From assembly GCA_021299095.1 (NCBI GenBank), contig JAJTFW010000001.1, positions 46,537 to 110,536 of the forward strand: 64,000 nt of DNA, read 5' to 3'. The stretch comes from Sphingobacteriales bacterium (GTDB lineage: Bacteria; Bacteroidota; Bacteroidia; AKYH767-A; OLB10). The translations under genes were made by a program, and so were the position numbers. Shown in pieces: positions 30,863 through 41,381 of this stretch. The notes under the pieces were generated by a model. It searched no databases. It was not told the DNA's origin and worked only from the letters and a program-made list of their open reading frames with translations. Position 1 is the stretch's first letter. Each line of letters starts with the position of its first letter.

Positions 30863-32502
30863 TACTCACAGTTACCGGTTGAGGCCGGCATAATTTCATC
30901 TTCATGAACAACAAACCGAACGGCCTCTGTGTTTAAATCGCCTGCAATAACAAGGATATAAACTCCTTTTGACAGGCCACCTGTGGCAACAGCGAGTGTA
31001 TCCCCGGGCCTAATCAACTGATCCTTTGACCAAACGATTCGCCCGGCAACATCGACCAACTGAATCTGAGATTCCTGAGCGCGTTGCAAACCGGTTTTCA
31101 CGCAGACCGTTCCTCCGGAGTAAACCGGATTAGGATAAGCCAGCATTTCAATCTCAGGGCAATTTTCACCCGGGAGGGAACTAAGTGAAAATGCTACAGA
31201 GCGGTAATTGTTTGTGGACTGATCATCCTGCTCGGCCAGCCTGAACTCCATCACCTGAATGCCGTCCGCTGCACCGATGGGAGAAAGCGAAACCGTCACT
31301 ACGTCACCCGGAGGCAGTATACCGCTCCACGCCTCGGCTTGCTGCACACTACCGGGATATCCATACCTGATCTGTGCAGTGTAGACTGTATCACTGCCAT
31401 TGTTACGCAGTCTGACCTCAGGGGAAAGACACCTGTAACTGTTTGATTTTACAGGAGCCAATACAGAATCAATTTCAACATCGTGGACGTATGGCATGGG
31501 CAATACCAATCCGGATGAATTACGTATTGAAAACCTGAAATTATCCAGCACACTCTGCATGCGTAACATCTGGCTGTCCGTAAAAAACTGCATACAACCA
31601 TCGTCGGTATAGTCCATGTAATTCATGAACATAATACCTGGAGAAACAGTACTGCAGTCATCTGTATAGGGAAACGTCCTGCAGCGGAAAGTGGGCTTTT
31701 CCTGAACAGGGGTATCATCCACCAAATCGTTCCCACAAAACGCGTCGCCCCAAATATGAATCAGCGACAGCCAATGACCTATTTCGTGCGTAGCGGTACG
31801 GCCAACATCATAAGGCGGCTTAACGGTGCCCTTGCGTCCGAAGGCTTGGTAATCGATCACGATACCGTCCTGGTTTCCTGAAGAGCCCGGAAAGCTGGAA
31901 AAGCCAAGGGCATTCCCCTCGAGGTTGCAAACCCAAATGTTCAGGTAATCTGTAAACGGCCAAGGAGCGTGACCACCTGTCGCATCCTGAAAAATCGATG
32001 GGTCAAGCACCTGAAAATCCAATCGTGGGGTATTGACACGAAGAATACCATTCGTAGCCATCCCTGAAGGGTCGCGTCGAGCAAGCACAAAACGGATTCC
32101 ACTATCACGGGTCTTCGGCTTCCAAACGTCAGGAACTGAAAGTGAGGAAGGGTTCAGGAAAGCATAATCTTCGTTGAGTACATCCAATTGAGATACGATC
32201 TGTTCATCAGAAATATTCTGCTCAGGCGTATTGTACAACACATGAATTACCACGGGTATTGTGACCGAACCGGAATTGGAACTTGATGCGCGCGCAACGC
32301 GGTTCATGCCCGCGGCTTCAATAGAAGCGGCATAGCCCGGCTGATTCAGCAATCGGTACCTGTGTACTTGATCGGTAAGACAACGCGCCTTGTTCTCCTG
32401 GGCGATGAGGGCGAAAGGCAAGTAGAAACAGGCCAGAAAAAAACAGAACGTAATCTGGATCGCTTTAAACTTTCCCACCTTGCTTTGTTGTCGAACGAAC
32501 AC
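30862..32502 (-). CDS. M43 (pappalysin/cytophagalysin-type) zinc metalloprotease with a type A T9SS C-terminal domain
   Basis: HEIGHWLSLIHIWGD (HExxHxxxxxH plus Met-turn context), [10 protein letters not shown], signal peptide, and C-terminal YPNPVYSGG...GVYILVIAGD...VRFVV sorting domain. GTG start at 32502. The stop overlaps the start of the downstream radical SAM gene (TAATG). Confidence 0.85.
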   Translation of the reverse strand: MFVRQQSKVGKFKAIQITFCFFLACFYLPFALIAQENKARCLTDQVHRYRLLNQPGYAASIEAAGMNRVARASSSNSGSVTIPVVIHVLYNTPEQNISDEQIVSQLDVLNEDYAFLNPSSLSVPDVWKPKTRDSGIRFVLARRDPSGMATNGILRVNTPRLDFQVLDPSIFQDATGGHAPWPFTDYLNIWVCNLEGNALGFSSFPGSSGNQDGIVIDYQAFGRKGTVKPPYDVGRTATHEIGHWLSLIHIWGDAFCGNDLVDDTPVQEKPTFRCRTFPYTDDCSTVSPGIMFMNYMDYTDDGCMQFFTDSQMLRMQSVLDNFRFSIRNSSGLVLPMPYVHDVEIDSVLAPVKSNSYRCLSPEVRLRNNGSDTVYTAQIRYGYPGSVQQAEAWSGILPPGDVVTVSLSPIGAADGIQVMEFRLAEQDDQSTNNYRSVAFSLSSLPGENCPEIEMLAYPNPVYSGGTVCVKTGLQRAQESQIQLVDVAGRIVWSKDQLIRPGDTLAVATGGLSKGVYILVIAGDLNTEAVRFVVHEDEIMPASTGNCE

Positions 32503-32528
32503 CTTGATACCGGACAGATTTACAAAGC

Positions 32529-33863
32529 TTAGTGAATCACCAGAAAGCGCTCGCTGCGGTAAACACGTGGACCAGCAAGCTCGATGAAGTAGACGCCTGC
32601 AGGTAATTGCTCCGTGTTAAAGTCAATCTGTCCGGAGTTAGCGATACCATTGATTCCTTCGCTGGCCACTTCGCTTCCAAGCATATTCCGTACAACTACG
32701 CGATCGATTTCCAACTGACTGATTGCTGTCCACTGAATCGATACGATTGATTGGGCTGGGTTCGGAAATACTGTTAACCGTAGCGAAGGATCAGCGTTAT
32801 CGATACCGGCGACGGGCGGAGTGCAGGCGTTGGAATTGCGCTGCGCAACGCGAATGGGTGCATTTTGAAGAACAGTTTGTACACGAACGCGTTGCTGCAA
32901 GGAAAACATCTTCAGAGAAACATCGTTGCAATAGTCCATGTAATTCATGAACATGTCTCCATTCGGTGCATTGTTCAGGCAGTTGGATGTGGATGGGAAC
33001 ACAGGGTTTCCGAAGTTGGCCGTTTGTTGCGTCGGAGTATCAGAGCAATAATCGTTGCCGCAATTGTTGTCGCCCCAGATGTGACGCAAGCCCAACCAGT
33101 GTCCGACTTCGTGTGTAGCCGTTCGACCTTTGTTATAGGAGGGGTCTAGATTACCAACTTTACCAGTGCAGCGATACCATAGCACCACACCATCGGTCAA
33201 TCCATTACCGTAAGGGGCACTTAAACCAGTGAGTCCACTGCCTGCAGGGAAGGTGGCATAACCCAACAACTGGGTCGCGCCACTGGCCATATTCGGCACC
33301 ACCCAGATGTTGAGGTAATTGAGGACATTCCAAATGGTAGCCGGTTTAACGGTACCATCGATAAATGTTTTATCATAGGGAAGCGACGGAGGCGTAGCAG
33401 TGATGGTATTGATGTTGATTCGATTGATTCCGTTAGTAGCGTTTCCAGCCGTGTCGCGCTGGGCAAGACAAAAATTCACTTCGCAATCGGCGGCAACGGG
33501 AGCGAATACGGAAGGAATGGTGGCTGTATCGGCATTCAGCTTTCTGAAATCGGCATTCAATACATCAAGCTGAGAGAGAATCTGAGCATCGCTGATGTTG
33601 TAGGAGATTCCGGGATTTGTACCGGTATGGATGACATGAAAAACAACCGGAATCGTGTAAACGGTACTTGCACCCCGCTGGGTGGCTGATGAAGCGTTTG
33701 AACGCAGGAGAGGCTGCAACCACTCTTCAAACTCTTCGCCCAGGACACCCGAACCGCAAGTCCTGACTGGACTGGTTGCTGAAGTGTTTACCTGCTGAGC
33801 GTTGGAAGCGTGGGAAAATGAAATAAGTACTGCAAAGACAAAGAGTCGGATAGTGGTATTCAT
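32529..33863 (-). CDS. M43 family zinc metalloprotease with a type A T9SS C-terminal domain (tandem paralog)
   Basis: HEVGHWLGLRHIWGD, FMNYMDYCND, signal peptide MNTTIRLFVFAVLISFSHASNAQ, and C-terminal VFPNPAQSIV...GVYFIELAG...RFLVIH. Confidence 0.88.
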   Translation of the reverse strand: MNTTIRLFVFAVLISFSHASNAQQVNTSATSPVRTCGSGVLGEEFEEWLQPLLRSNASSATQRGASTVYTIPVVFHVIHTGTNPGISYNISDAQILSQLDVLNADFRKLNADTATIPSVFAPVAADCEVNFCLAQRDTAGNATNGINRININTITATPPSLPYDKTFIDGTVKPATIWNVLNYLNIWVVPNMASGATQLLGYATFPAGSGLTGLSAPYGNGLTDGVVLWYRCTGKVGNLDPSYNKGRTATHEVGHWLGLRHIWGDNNCGNDYCSDTPTQQTANFGNPVFPSTSNCLNNAPNGDMFMNYMDYCNDVSLKMFSLQQRVRVQTVLQNAPIRVAQRNSNACTPPVAGIDNADPSLRLTVFPNPAQSIVSIQWTAISQLEIDRVVVRNMLGSEVASEGINGIANSGQIDFNTEQLPAGVYFIELAGPRVYRSERFLVIH

Positions 33864-33893
33864 TGTTGTTTTCAGTGATGTTTCAAAGGTACG

Positions 33894-35477
33894 TCATTCA
33901 GCTGCATTCTGTACGGGTTTGAATGGCCTCAGGTAATAAGGCGGTTCAGCATGGATGATATTTTCTTTGCTCTGCCGGAAGTCGGCCGAATCGGTTGACA
34001 TCAGTAGCCTGTAATCAATCGGGACAGGGCTCTGAACCTCTTCATCACGCAAGCGCTCATAGTTTGAAACAGCCCGGGATAACAAGGGGTCAGCCTGACC
34101 GGTTTTCATTTCTTCTAAACCATATACAGCACAAAACCGGGAATACCAGTTTAGCATAAAGCCGGAGGAGTGGACGATGGCCTTGTAACTAACGGGGGTG
34201 CTTCTTTGCGCCTGGCATAGAAAAGCATCGTCATCAGGAGGAGGTAAAACCACTGCAGCTTTGGGCAAGTGGGTTCGGATCCAGATATGCATCCGCTCCC
34301 GGGCACTGATTGGTCTACTCCCCCACTCGTATCGGCTGGATATACGTTCAGGTAAAAGGGACAAACTATTACCAGCCACCAACAGGAGCACAACTGCAAA
34401 ACCCAAACCTGTCCACATGACCCAACGCTTTGACAACATCCTCAGCCAGGGTAACGGCCATGGCACAGCCGAAACAAGGAGAATAAATCCGATGAGACAG
34501 GGCCAGATACTAGCCTTGTACCACTGTGTCATTCCGATCAGATGGGATTGAAAATTCACAAAGCCGATGGTGTACACCAAAGCTCCCAACAGGAAAACGC
34601 TCAGAACGGGCAACAGCCGGGATACCACCAGGCCTTTGTGCGTTCTAAATCCCAACACCAACGCAAACAAATAGAGCCCAGCAGATTTGATGAAATCAAC
34701 TGACGGAAAAACCTGGGGCAGATAGTGATGTGGATTGCGTACGTCGAACAAAATCCAGGCATACCTGGCCGCTTCCATCGGACCCAAATCGGACTGCAGA
34801 CTCGACAACAATGGCACCAATCCGGGCACCAATCCTGGAATAAATCCGATTAGGAAAAACAAAAACCCCTTCCCCCGAACGTTCCGTTCAGCAGTTAAAT
34901 CCGAAACAATCCAAGATAAGCCCATCAGACCAACCTGAATACCGACCAATACCTGAAACAGGCCCGAAAGCGCGGCCGTGAGTCCGCCTAAAATAGGTCG
35001 ACCCTGTTGCACATAAACGAGGCTCCATACACCGAGGGCAACGGCAGGAACAGTACAAGTTAACTGGATATCTACAAGCGTATTTCCGCCGATGGTAAAA
35101 CCATTGAACAATACCAGGAAAAAAGGCGTCAGGCGAGACAGCTCCGTTGAACGGGTCCAGGCTTTGGTAAGGACTGAAATTCCGGCACAAATAGCCGTCA
35201 GACACAAAAGGTACAGAAAAAAAACCAGGCCTTCGATGGGAAAAACCTGTCCGAAAAACGCAATAATATGGGCATAATAGAACCGAACAGTAAACTCAGT
35301 TGTTTGGGTTTTAACCAAAGGGTCATTGGGATACAAACTGGGGTCAAGCAGTGCATATACATAGGGTAAATGCTCTTCCTGATCCCCGTTGTTTACCCGA
35401 TAACCACAAACCAAAATGAACGCGACAGCAGCCGTAAACGCCCAAACCCAAGTGAAAGCACGCGAATTACTTGCCAT
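33894..35477 (-). CDS. Large polytopic integral membrane protein, function unknown (possibly GT-C-like)
   Basis: About 527 aa with at least 11 hydrophobic helices over the first 380 aa or so, then a soluble C-terminal region of about 140 aa. No catalytic motif recognised. ATG 35477 (MASNSRAF...) is preferred over 35495. Confidence 0.55.
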   Translation of the reverse strand: MASNSRAFTWVWAFTAAVAFILVCGYRVNNGDQEEHLPYVYALLDPSLYPNDPLVKTQTTEFTVRFYYAHIIAFFGQVFPIEGLVFFLYLLCLTAICAGISVLTKAWTRSTELSRLTPFFLVLFNGFTIGGNTLVDIQLTCTVPAVALGVWSLVYVQQGRPILGGLTAALSGLFQVLVGIQVGLMGLSWIVSDLTAERNVRGKGFLFFLIGFIPGLVPGLVPLLSSLQSDLGPMEAARYAWILFDVRNPHHYLPQVFPSVDFIKSAGLYLFALVLGFRTHKGLVVSRLLPVLSVFLLGALVYTIGFVNFQSHLIGMTQWYKASIWPCLIGFILLVSAVPWPLPWLRMLSKRWVMWTGLGFAVVLLLVAGNSLSLLPERISSRYEWGSRPISARERMHIWIRTHLPKAAVVLPPPDDDAFLCQAQRSTPVSYKAIVHSSGFMLNWYSRFCAVYGLEEMKTGQADPLLSRAVSNYERLRDEEVQSPVPIDYRLLMSTDSADFRQSKENIIHAEPPYYLRPFKPVQNAAE

Positions 35478-35573
35478 GTCCGCGTAAAAATACACAGCCT
35501 GATGACTGTCAAGCCCTTTTGTTCTGGCCCTAACTCCCCTGAAGCCCTACATTCGTAACTGAGCGCAACTGAT

Positions 35574-36287
35574 ATGAACCAAACACGCATTTTACTGGCA
35601 GAAGACGAACAAAGTCTCGCCGACACCATCAAATTAAACCTGGAACTTGAAGGTTATAAAGTACAGCATGCCGAGGACGGCAAAAAAGCCCTCAAACTTT
35701 TTCACCAGGGTCGATTCGACCTGGTCATTTTGGATGTGATGATGCCCGAGATGGATGGCTTTACCGTTTGCCAGGCCATTCGATTGGAAAACCCGCAGGT
35801 CCCGGTTCTGTTTTTGACTGCCAAACATGCAAGTACCGATCGCATCAATGGCCTAAAAATCGGAGGGGATGATTATCTCACCAAGCCTTTCAACCTCGAA
35901 GAGCTTTTACTGCGCATCCAAAATTTGCTGAAACGCAGCCAACGCGAGGGGGTAAAAACCACCTTGTCCGACACCTCCTATTCCTTTGACGGATTCACCA
36001 TCAATTTCCCTCAGATGAGCGTCACAGCCCCCGACGGCACGCTCACCTCCTTGACGAAGAAAGAAAACACCTTACTCAAATTATTGATTGACAGAAAGAA
36101 CGAGGTGGTTTCCAGAGAGCACATCCTAGAAACGGTATGGGGCTACGATATTTACCCTTCCACCCGAACAATCGACAACTTCATTGTGACCTTTCGAAAA
36201 TTATTCGAAAAAGACCCCACAAAACCAGAACGATTTATCAGTATACGAGGGGTCGGATACAAATTCAATCCCGGTTCCCAGCTTTAA
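35574..36287 (+). CDS. OmpR/PhoB-family response regulator (no adjacent histidine kinase)
   Basis: Receiver domain (LLAEDE, DLVILDVMMPEMDG, LTAK) plus a C-terminal winged-helix trans_reg_C (RTIDNFIVTFRKLF...IRGVGYKF). Confidence 0.9.
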   Translation: MNQTRILLAEDEQSLADTIKLNLELEGYKVQHAEDGKKALKLFHQGRFDLVILDVMMPEMDGFTVCQAIRLENPQVPVLFLTAKHASTDRINGLKIGGDDYLTKPFNLEELLLRIQNLLKRSQREGVKTTLSDTSYSFDGFTINFPQMSVTAPDGTLTSLTKKENTLLKLLIDRKNEVVSREHILETVWGYDIYPSTRTIDNFIVTFRKLFEKDPTKPERFISIRGVGYKFNPGSQL

Positions 36288-36358
36288 TTCGGACAAAAAA
36301 CACTTGCAAAAAGCTGCAAGAAGAAGTACCTTAGGCCATCGAAAAAACCCACATACTT

Positions 36359-38563
36359 ATGCGCATTAAACACACATTTCTGGCACTGCTTGCTGCAGGA
36401 CTCCTTTCACCTGCCCTTGCACAAAACCACAGGGGCTGTGGCACAATGGATCACTTGCACACCATGCAACAGCAGGATCCTACCGTCAAGACAAGATTGG
36501 AGCAAGTTGAACGTGAATCAGAAACCTGGATCCAAAACCAGTCATCGAATCAGCGTAGCACAGTAGTTATCACCATTCCTGTAGTCGTACACGTTGTTTA
36601 CAACACGGTTGCAGAAAACGTTTCTGACGCCCAGATTCAATCCCAAATCAATATCCTCAACCAAGACTTCAGGAAGCTGAACACCGACATCAACCTGGTG
36701 CCTGGAGCTTTCGCCGGTTTGGCTGCAGACTGTGAAATCCAGTTCTGCCTTGCGCAACGTGATCCTAGTGGGAATGCCTCAACCGGAATTGTACGTCGTT
36801 CATCGACTGTTACATCCTTCTCCTCGAACGACAACATGAAATTCACCTCATCCGGTGGATCCGATGCATGGCCTTACACCTCCTATCTCAACATGTGGGT
36901 ATGTGATCTTGGAAGTGGCTTATTGGGTTATGCGACCTTCCCCGGAACCGCTACAAGCACCGATGGAGTCGTAATGGATTATGCCGCCTTCGGAAATATC
37001 GGCTCGGCTGCTGCTCCATTCAACAAGGGGCGAACTGCTACACACGAAATCGGTCACTGGTTAAACCTTCGCCACATTTGGGGAGATGCAAACTGCGGAA
37101 ACGATCAGGTTACAGATACGCCAACACAACAAACATCGAACTACGGCTGCCCCACCTTCCCGAAAGTGACCTGCAGTAACGGACCGAACGGAGATATGTT
37201 CATGAATTACATGGATTATACCGACGATGCCTGTATGTACATGTTCACCACAGGTCAGAAAACCCGAATGGTGTCATCCTTGAACTCAAGCCCCCGCTCC
37301 TCTTTACTCAGTTCCCTCGGTTGTGTTCCACCCGGACCAAGCTGCGGAACGCCTGCAAACCTTGCTGCAAGTGCAATCACCGACACTACTGCTGTAATCA
37401 CCTGGGGAACAGTTAGCGGTGCGACCACGTATTCAGTACAATACCGCCCTGCAGGCTCTACTTTCTGGAATGTGAGTAACAGTGCAAGCAATTCAGTTGT
37501 ACTCGGTGGATTGACCCTTGGAACATCGTACGAATATCAGGTGCGTGCCACCTGTGGAACCGTAGTCGGCAATTACTCAGCCAGCTCATTCTTTTCTACC
37601 ACCAACTCCCTTTGCCCCACTCCTACAGGACTTGCAGCAACCTCCATCACCACCAGTGGGGCTACATTGTCTTGGACAGCCGTATCGGGCGCCACGGGCT
37701 ACAATGTGGTTTACCGTGTGAGTGGATCAACGACTTCTGTAACCCTAAGCGTTCTAACAAACAGCGCCACACTAACTGGATTGACTGCAGCAACGGCCTA
37801 CAGCTATACTGTTCAGGCGATCTGCAGCGGAAGTACGAGTGCCGTTTCAGCAACTGCAAGTTTCACGACCCAGGCTGGTTCCTGCACCGATACTTACGAA
37901 AGCAATGAGTCCCGTACAACAGCAAAGGTCATCCCTGTAAACACAGACATAAGTGCACGAATTGGAACTTCCACCGACAAGGACTGGTTCCGCTTCGCTA
38001 CTGTAAGTGGCGCTACCAACCTCCGCGTGGTATTGGATCAGCTTCCTGCTGATTATGAACTAGAATTATACAGCTCAAGTGGCAAGCGCCTTGCCCGGTC
38101 CATCAATAGTGGAACGACCACTGAAACAATTACTCGGAATACGAATACTGCCAGTACATACTACGTGCAGGTATTTGGATATGCTGGAGCATTCAACGCA
38201 AACCTCTGCTACCGCTTACGGGCCAACACTTCTGGAACAGCATTCCGTACATCCAATCAAGCGGAAGCCAGCGATGAAATCGCTGTTCAAGCTGAGAAGA
38301 TTACTACAGCCGACCTGTTCCAGGTTTTCCCGAATCCGGCGTCTAACGACCTGAATGTTCGCTATTTCAGCGAAGCAAATACGGATATTACAATCGAAAT
38401 TGTCGACATGCTTGGCAAGACGATTTATACCAATCGATTCACTTCCGAAGAAGGCTTCAACACGACCAATATTCAGTTGAACGACTTCAACAATGGAATC
38501 TATTTTGTACGCCTCAACCAGTCAGGCAGCAGCGAAATCCGGAAATTCATCGTGAAGCACTAA
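36359..38563 (+). CDS. M43 family zinc metalloprotease with two Fn3-like domains, a pre-peptidase C-terminal (PPC) domain and a type A T9SS sorting domain
   Basis: [15 protein letters not shown] and [10 protein letters not shown]. Two repeats of about 85 aa ([25 protein letters not shown]... and [25 protein letters not shown]...). PPC-like DKDWFRF...YYVQVFGY. C-terminal [10 protein letters not shown]...GIYFVRLNQ...RKFIVKH. Confidence 0.88.
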   Translation: MRIKHTFLALLAAGLLSPALAQNHRGCGTMDHLHTMQQQDPTVKTRLEQVERESETWIQNQSSNQRSTVVITIPVVVHVVYNTVAENVSDAQIQSQINILNQDFRKLNTDINLVPGAFAGLAADCEIQFCLAQRDPSGNASTGIVRRSSTVTSFSSNDNMKFTSSGGSDAWPYTSYLNMWVCDLGSGLLGYATFPGTATSTDGVVMDYAAFGNIGSAAAPFNKGRTATHEIGHWLNLRHIWGDANCGNDQVTDTPTQQTSNYGCPTFPKVTCSNGPNGDMFMNYMDYTDDACMYMFTTGQKTRMVSSLNSSPRSSLLSSLGCVPPGPSCGTPANLAASAITDTTAVITWGTVSGATTYSVQYRPAGSTFWNVSNSASNSVVLGGLTLGTSYEYQVRATCGTVVGNYSASSFFSTTNSLCPTPTGLAATSITTSGATLSWTAVSGATGYNVVYRVSGSTTSVTLSVLTNSATLTGLTAATAYSYTVQAICSGSTSAVSATASFTTQAGSCTDTYESNESRTTAKVIPVNTDISARIGTSTDKDWFRFATVSGATNLRVVLDQLPADYELELYSSSGKRLARSINSGTTTETITRNTNTASTYYVQVFGYAGAFNANLCYRLRANTSGTAFRTSNQAEASDEIAVQAEKITTADLFQVFPNPASNDLNVRYFSEANTDITIEIVDMLGKTIYTNRFTSEEGFNTTNIQLNDFNNGIYFVRLNQSGSSEIRKFIVKH

Positions 38564-38580
38564 TCTTTTTGAACAACACT

Positions 38581-38612
38581 AAAAAAGACCCGCCCAGGCG
38601 GGTCTTTTTTAT
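38581..38612 (+). terminator. Rho-independent terminator after the M43/Fn3 gene
   Basis: AAAAAA-GACCCGCC-cag-GCGGGTC-TTTTTTATTT. The GC-rich stem is followed by a T-run. Confidence 0.85.
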
Positions 38613-38657
38613 TTGTGCAATGGCTTACTTTGGAATGCAAACCGATAATACATATCA

Positions 38658-41381
38658 TTGGAGTCCGTGGAAAGTTTTCTGAGCAAAGTCGCCACAGCGA
38701 CTCATCATCTCCCCCCGTTGGAGACATTGGTCATTTTACCAACCCAGCGTGCATGCTATGATTACAAGCAATTGCTCGGCAATAAAGCAGAAGCACCTTT
38801 GCTGCTCCCATCGGTTGTCCCGATTGGAAACCTGCTCGAGAAACTCAATGCCCCCCCTGTTGCCGACGATATCACCTTACTCGTCACACTTCACCAAACC
38901 TATAGTGAACTGCATCGAATCATTCCGTTTAGGGATTTCATTCCGTTCGGAGAGCAGGTGCTTGATACTTTCAACGAAATCGACCGGCAGTTGGTCGATG
39001 CCTCGGCCTTGTTTCAGCAATTACTGGATCTAAAACGAATAGATGAAGCATTTTCGGGGGATGAGGAGGAGCAGTACGAGCAATTCAAACGGTTCTGGAG
39101 TAGCTTTCTCAATACGCCTCACACGCCGCTACAAACCAACTTTCTGAAATACTGGGAAGAACTTGGCCCCTTGTACACAGCTTACCGAAAGCGGCTTGAA
39201 CAAGAAGGTTTTACCTATGAAGGGCTTGCCTGGAAAATCGTTTCCGAGACGGTTGAAAAGCAAGCCTACTTTAGTGCCTTTAAACACCTTGTCTTTGCTG
39301 GTTTTTATGCACTCAATACGACTGAAGAAGTTTTATTTGAAAAGCTGACTAAGCGTTTGAATTTATTGGTCTACAAGGACGCTGACCGACTCTATACCGA
39401 GAACCAGAGGCACGAGGCGGGTCGATACTTCAAACGAGGCTTGCTATCCTCCAAAGAATTGCCTTGGACAGGCGACCACTTCAGTGTACCTAAAGAGCGA
39501 TACGAAGTAATTGGATGTAATGGCGTATACGCAACCAGCTTACAGTTGTGCAATGACATTCAAATCCATTACACGCAAAACCCGAAAGCGCGACTGGCTG
39601 TCGTCTTGACGGATGAGTCCTTGCTCTTCCCGCTTTTACAATGCGGCAACAAACTGGGTTTACCACTGAATCCATCCATGGGTTTTTCCCTGTCGCTTCA
39701 CCCCGTCTTCAATTTGTTAAAATTGGTTGCCCAATGCCGACCGATTGGCCAACACGAAATAAACGAGGTTCTGGTGGAGAGGTGTTTGACTGTATTTCTA
39801 GAGGAACCTATTGTACGAGACAATCACCGGGAAAAGGATCTATCCCGGTTATCCGAATCCATCAGGTCTTGGCTGGGTATTGTACCAGAGAGCCCCGACA
39901 ATGAGGGGGTACTGTTGCTGGACTTTTTACACGCGCTTACATTCGATAAAAACGAATGGATGTTCACGCTGCACAGCCACATGCTACTTCATACGGAAGC
40001 GGCTGTTGAGCGATTAGGCACATGCGCTGATATTCCCGACAGCCCATCCTGGTGGGAACTACTCATTAGACAACTCAAATCAGTCCGAATTTCCTTTGAA
40101 ACCTCACCCGAGGGCATACCTGTAATGGGATTCCTTGAGACAAGGGTCTTGGACTTCGATTCGGTATTCATCGCCACACTGAACGAAGGCACACTTCCCT
40201 CCTCTGCTGTTTCTTCTTCGCTGATACCATATGCATTGCGCAAAGCTTATCGCTTACCCTGTCGGGAAGAACAACAGGCTGTGACCGCCTACCATTTCTA
40301 TCGACTGCTGCAGAGAGCTCAGAATATTCACCTCTATTACAATGTACAGTTGAATTCCATGGGAGCCGGCGAGAAAAGTCGATACCTCTACCAGCTCAAC
40401 CTCGATGTAATCCGGAAATACCCACCGTTGTCCGTCCGCTACCTGAATCAGAGCCCAAAAATCAATCCACCAGGCAGTGGTGCATTTGAAATTACCAAGA
40501 CGGCAGAAATTCTGGACAAAATTGTATCGAAGTACATCGACACCCCTGAAAATCGCGACAAGAAGCTTGGCTTGTCTGCAACGGTTTTGCGCATGTACAG
40601 TGAGTGTTCGATGAAGTTTTACCTGAGCAAAGTTGCCGGACTACGCAACGACAAAACACCCGACTATATTGACAAGCCTACCTTCGGCACCATTCTGCAT
40701 CGGGCCATGGAGCTGGCGTATCCAATCAACACCTTACTGACCAAGGAGTATATACAATTAAGAATAAACAACATTGATGAACTGCTGGAGACCGCCATTC
40801 AGGATACCTATGGCAGGAATACACAATACGGACATGATTACCTAATGAAGGGCGTATTGAAAAAGCTCATCAAGAACATCATGGATCTCGACATGAGACA
40901 ACCTGGATTCACGCTCGAAGGAAGTGAAGTCGAGCTGAATACTTCGTTGGATCTACCGAACGGAACCAGATTGTTGCTGAAAGGAAATATTGACCGACTT
41001 GAGCGCAGAGGCGGGTACCTAAATATCATTGATTACAAAACCGGAAACGACAAAATCAGAGACAAACCGCCTGAAAAACTGCTGGAAAAAAGCGAAGACA
41101 AGACGGAATTTCAGCTTTTATTCTACGCATTGCTGATACGTAAAACAAAGGGGCTTCACGAAACGATTCGATCTGGAATCATGAAGCTCAAATCGAACGA
41201 ACAGATATATCTGAACGAAGGAGGAGCTGTCACCTCTGAGCAATTGGAATCGTTCGAGCAACTTATAACCGGGCTTATTACAGAATTACTGGACCCTGCA
41301 GTTCCATTCCGGATGACCGCCGACAGCAAACCCTGTACCTATTGTGATTTCAATGTGCTTTGCCAACGCAAGAGTGCTTAG
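38658..41381 (+). CDS. PD-(D/E)XK nuclease family protein, AddB-like, with a C-terminal iron-staple Cys cluster
   Basis: 907 aa. The C-terminal nuclease core is GNIDRLERRGGYLNIIDYKTG (D...D-x-K). An early Cys (MYSECSMKFY) plus CTYCDFNVLC (C-x2-C-x5-C) match the AddB Fe-S nuclease domain. The start is uncertain (TTG 38658 or GTG 38667). Confidence 0.75.
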   Translation: MESVESFLSKVATATHHLPPLETLVILPTQRACYDYKQLLGNKAEAPLLLPSVVPIGNLLEKLNAPPVADDITLLVTLHQTYSELHRIIPFRDFIPFGEQVLDTFNEIDRQLVDASALFQQLLDLKRIDEAFSGDEEEQYEQFKRFWSSFLNTPHTPLQTNFLKYWEELGPLYTAYRKRLEQEGFTYEGLAWKIVSETVEKQAYFSAFKHLVFAGFYALNTTEEVLFEKLTKRLNLLVYKDADRLYTENQRHEAGRYFKRGLLSSKELPWTGDHFSVPKERYEVIGCNGVYATSLQLCNDIQIHYTQNPKARLAVVLTDESLLFPLLQCGNKLGLPLNPSMGFSLSLHPVFNLLKLVAQCRPIGQHEINEVLVERCLTVFLEEPIVRDNHREKDLSRLSESIRSWLGIVPESPDNEGVLLLDFLHALTFDKNEWMFTLHSHMLLHTEAAVERLGTCADIPDSPSWWELLIRQLKSVRISFETSPEGIPVMGFLETRVLDFDSVFIATLNEGTLPSSAVSSSLIPYALRKAYRLPCREEQQAVTAYHFYRLLQRAQNIHLYYNVQLNSMGAGEKSRYLYQLNLDVIRKYPPLSVRYLNQSPKINPPGSGAFEITKTAEILDKIVSKYIDTPENRDKKLGLSATVLRMYSECSMKFYLSKVAGLRNDKTPDYIDKPTFGTILHRAMELAYPINTLLTKEYIQLRINNIDELLETAIQDTYGRNTQYGHDYLMKGVLKKLIKNIMDLDMRQPGFTLEGSEVELNTSLDLPNGTRLLLKGNIDRLERRGGYLNIIDYKTGNDKIRDKPPEKLLEKSEDKTEFQLLFYALLIRKTKGLHETIRSGIMKLKSNEQIYLNEGGAVTSEQLESFEQLITGLITELLDPAVPFRMTADSKPCTYCDFNVLCQRKSA

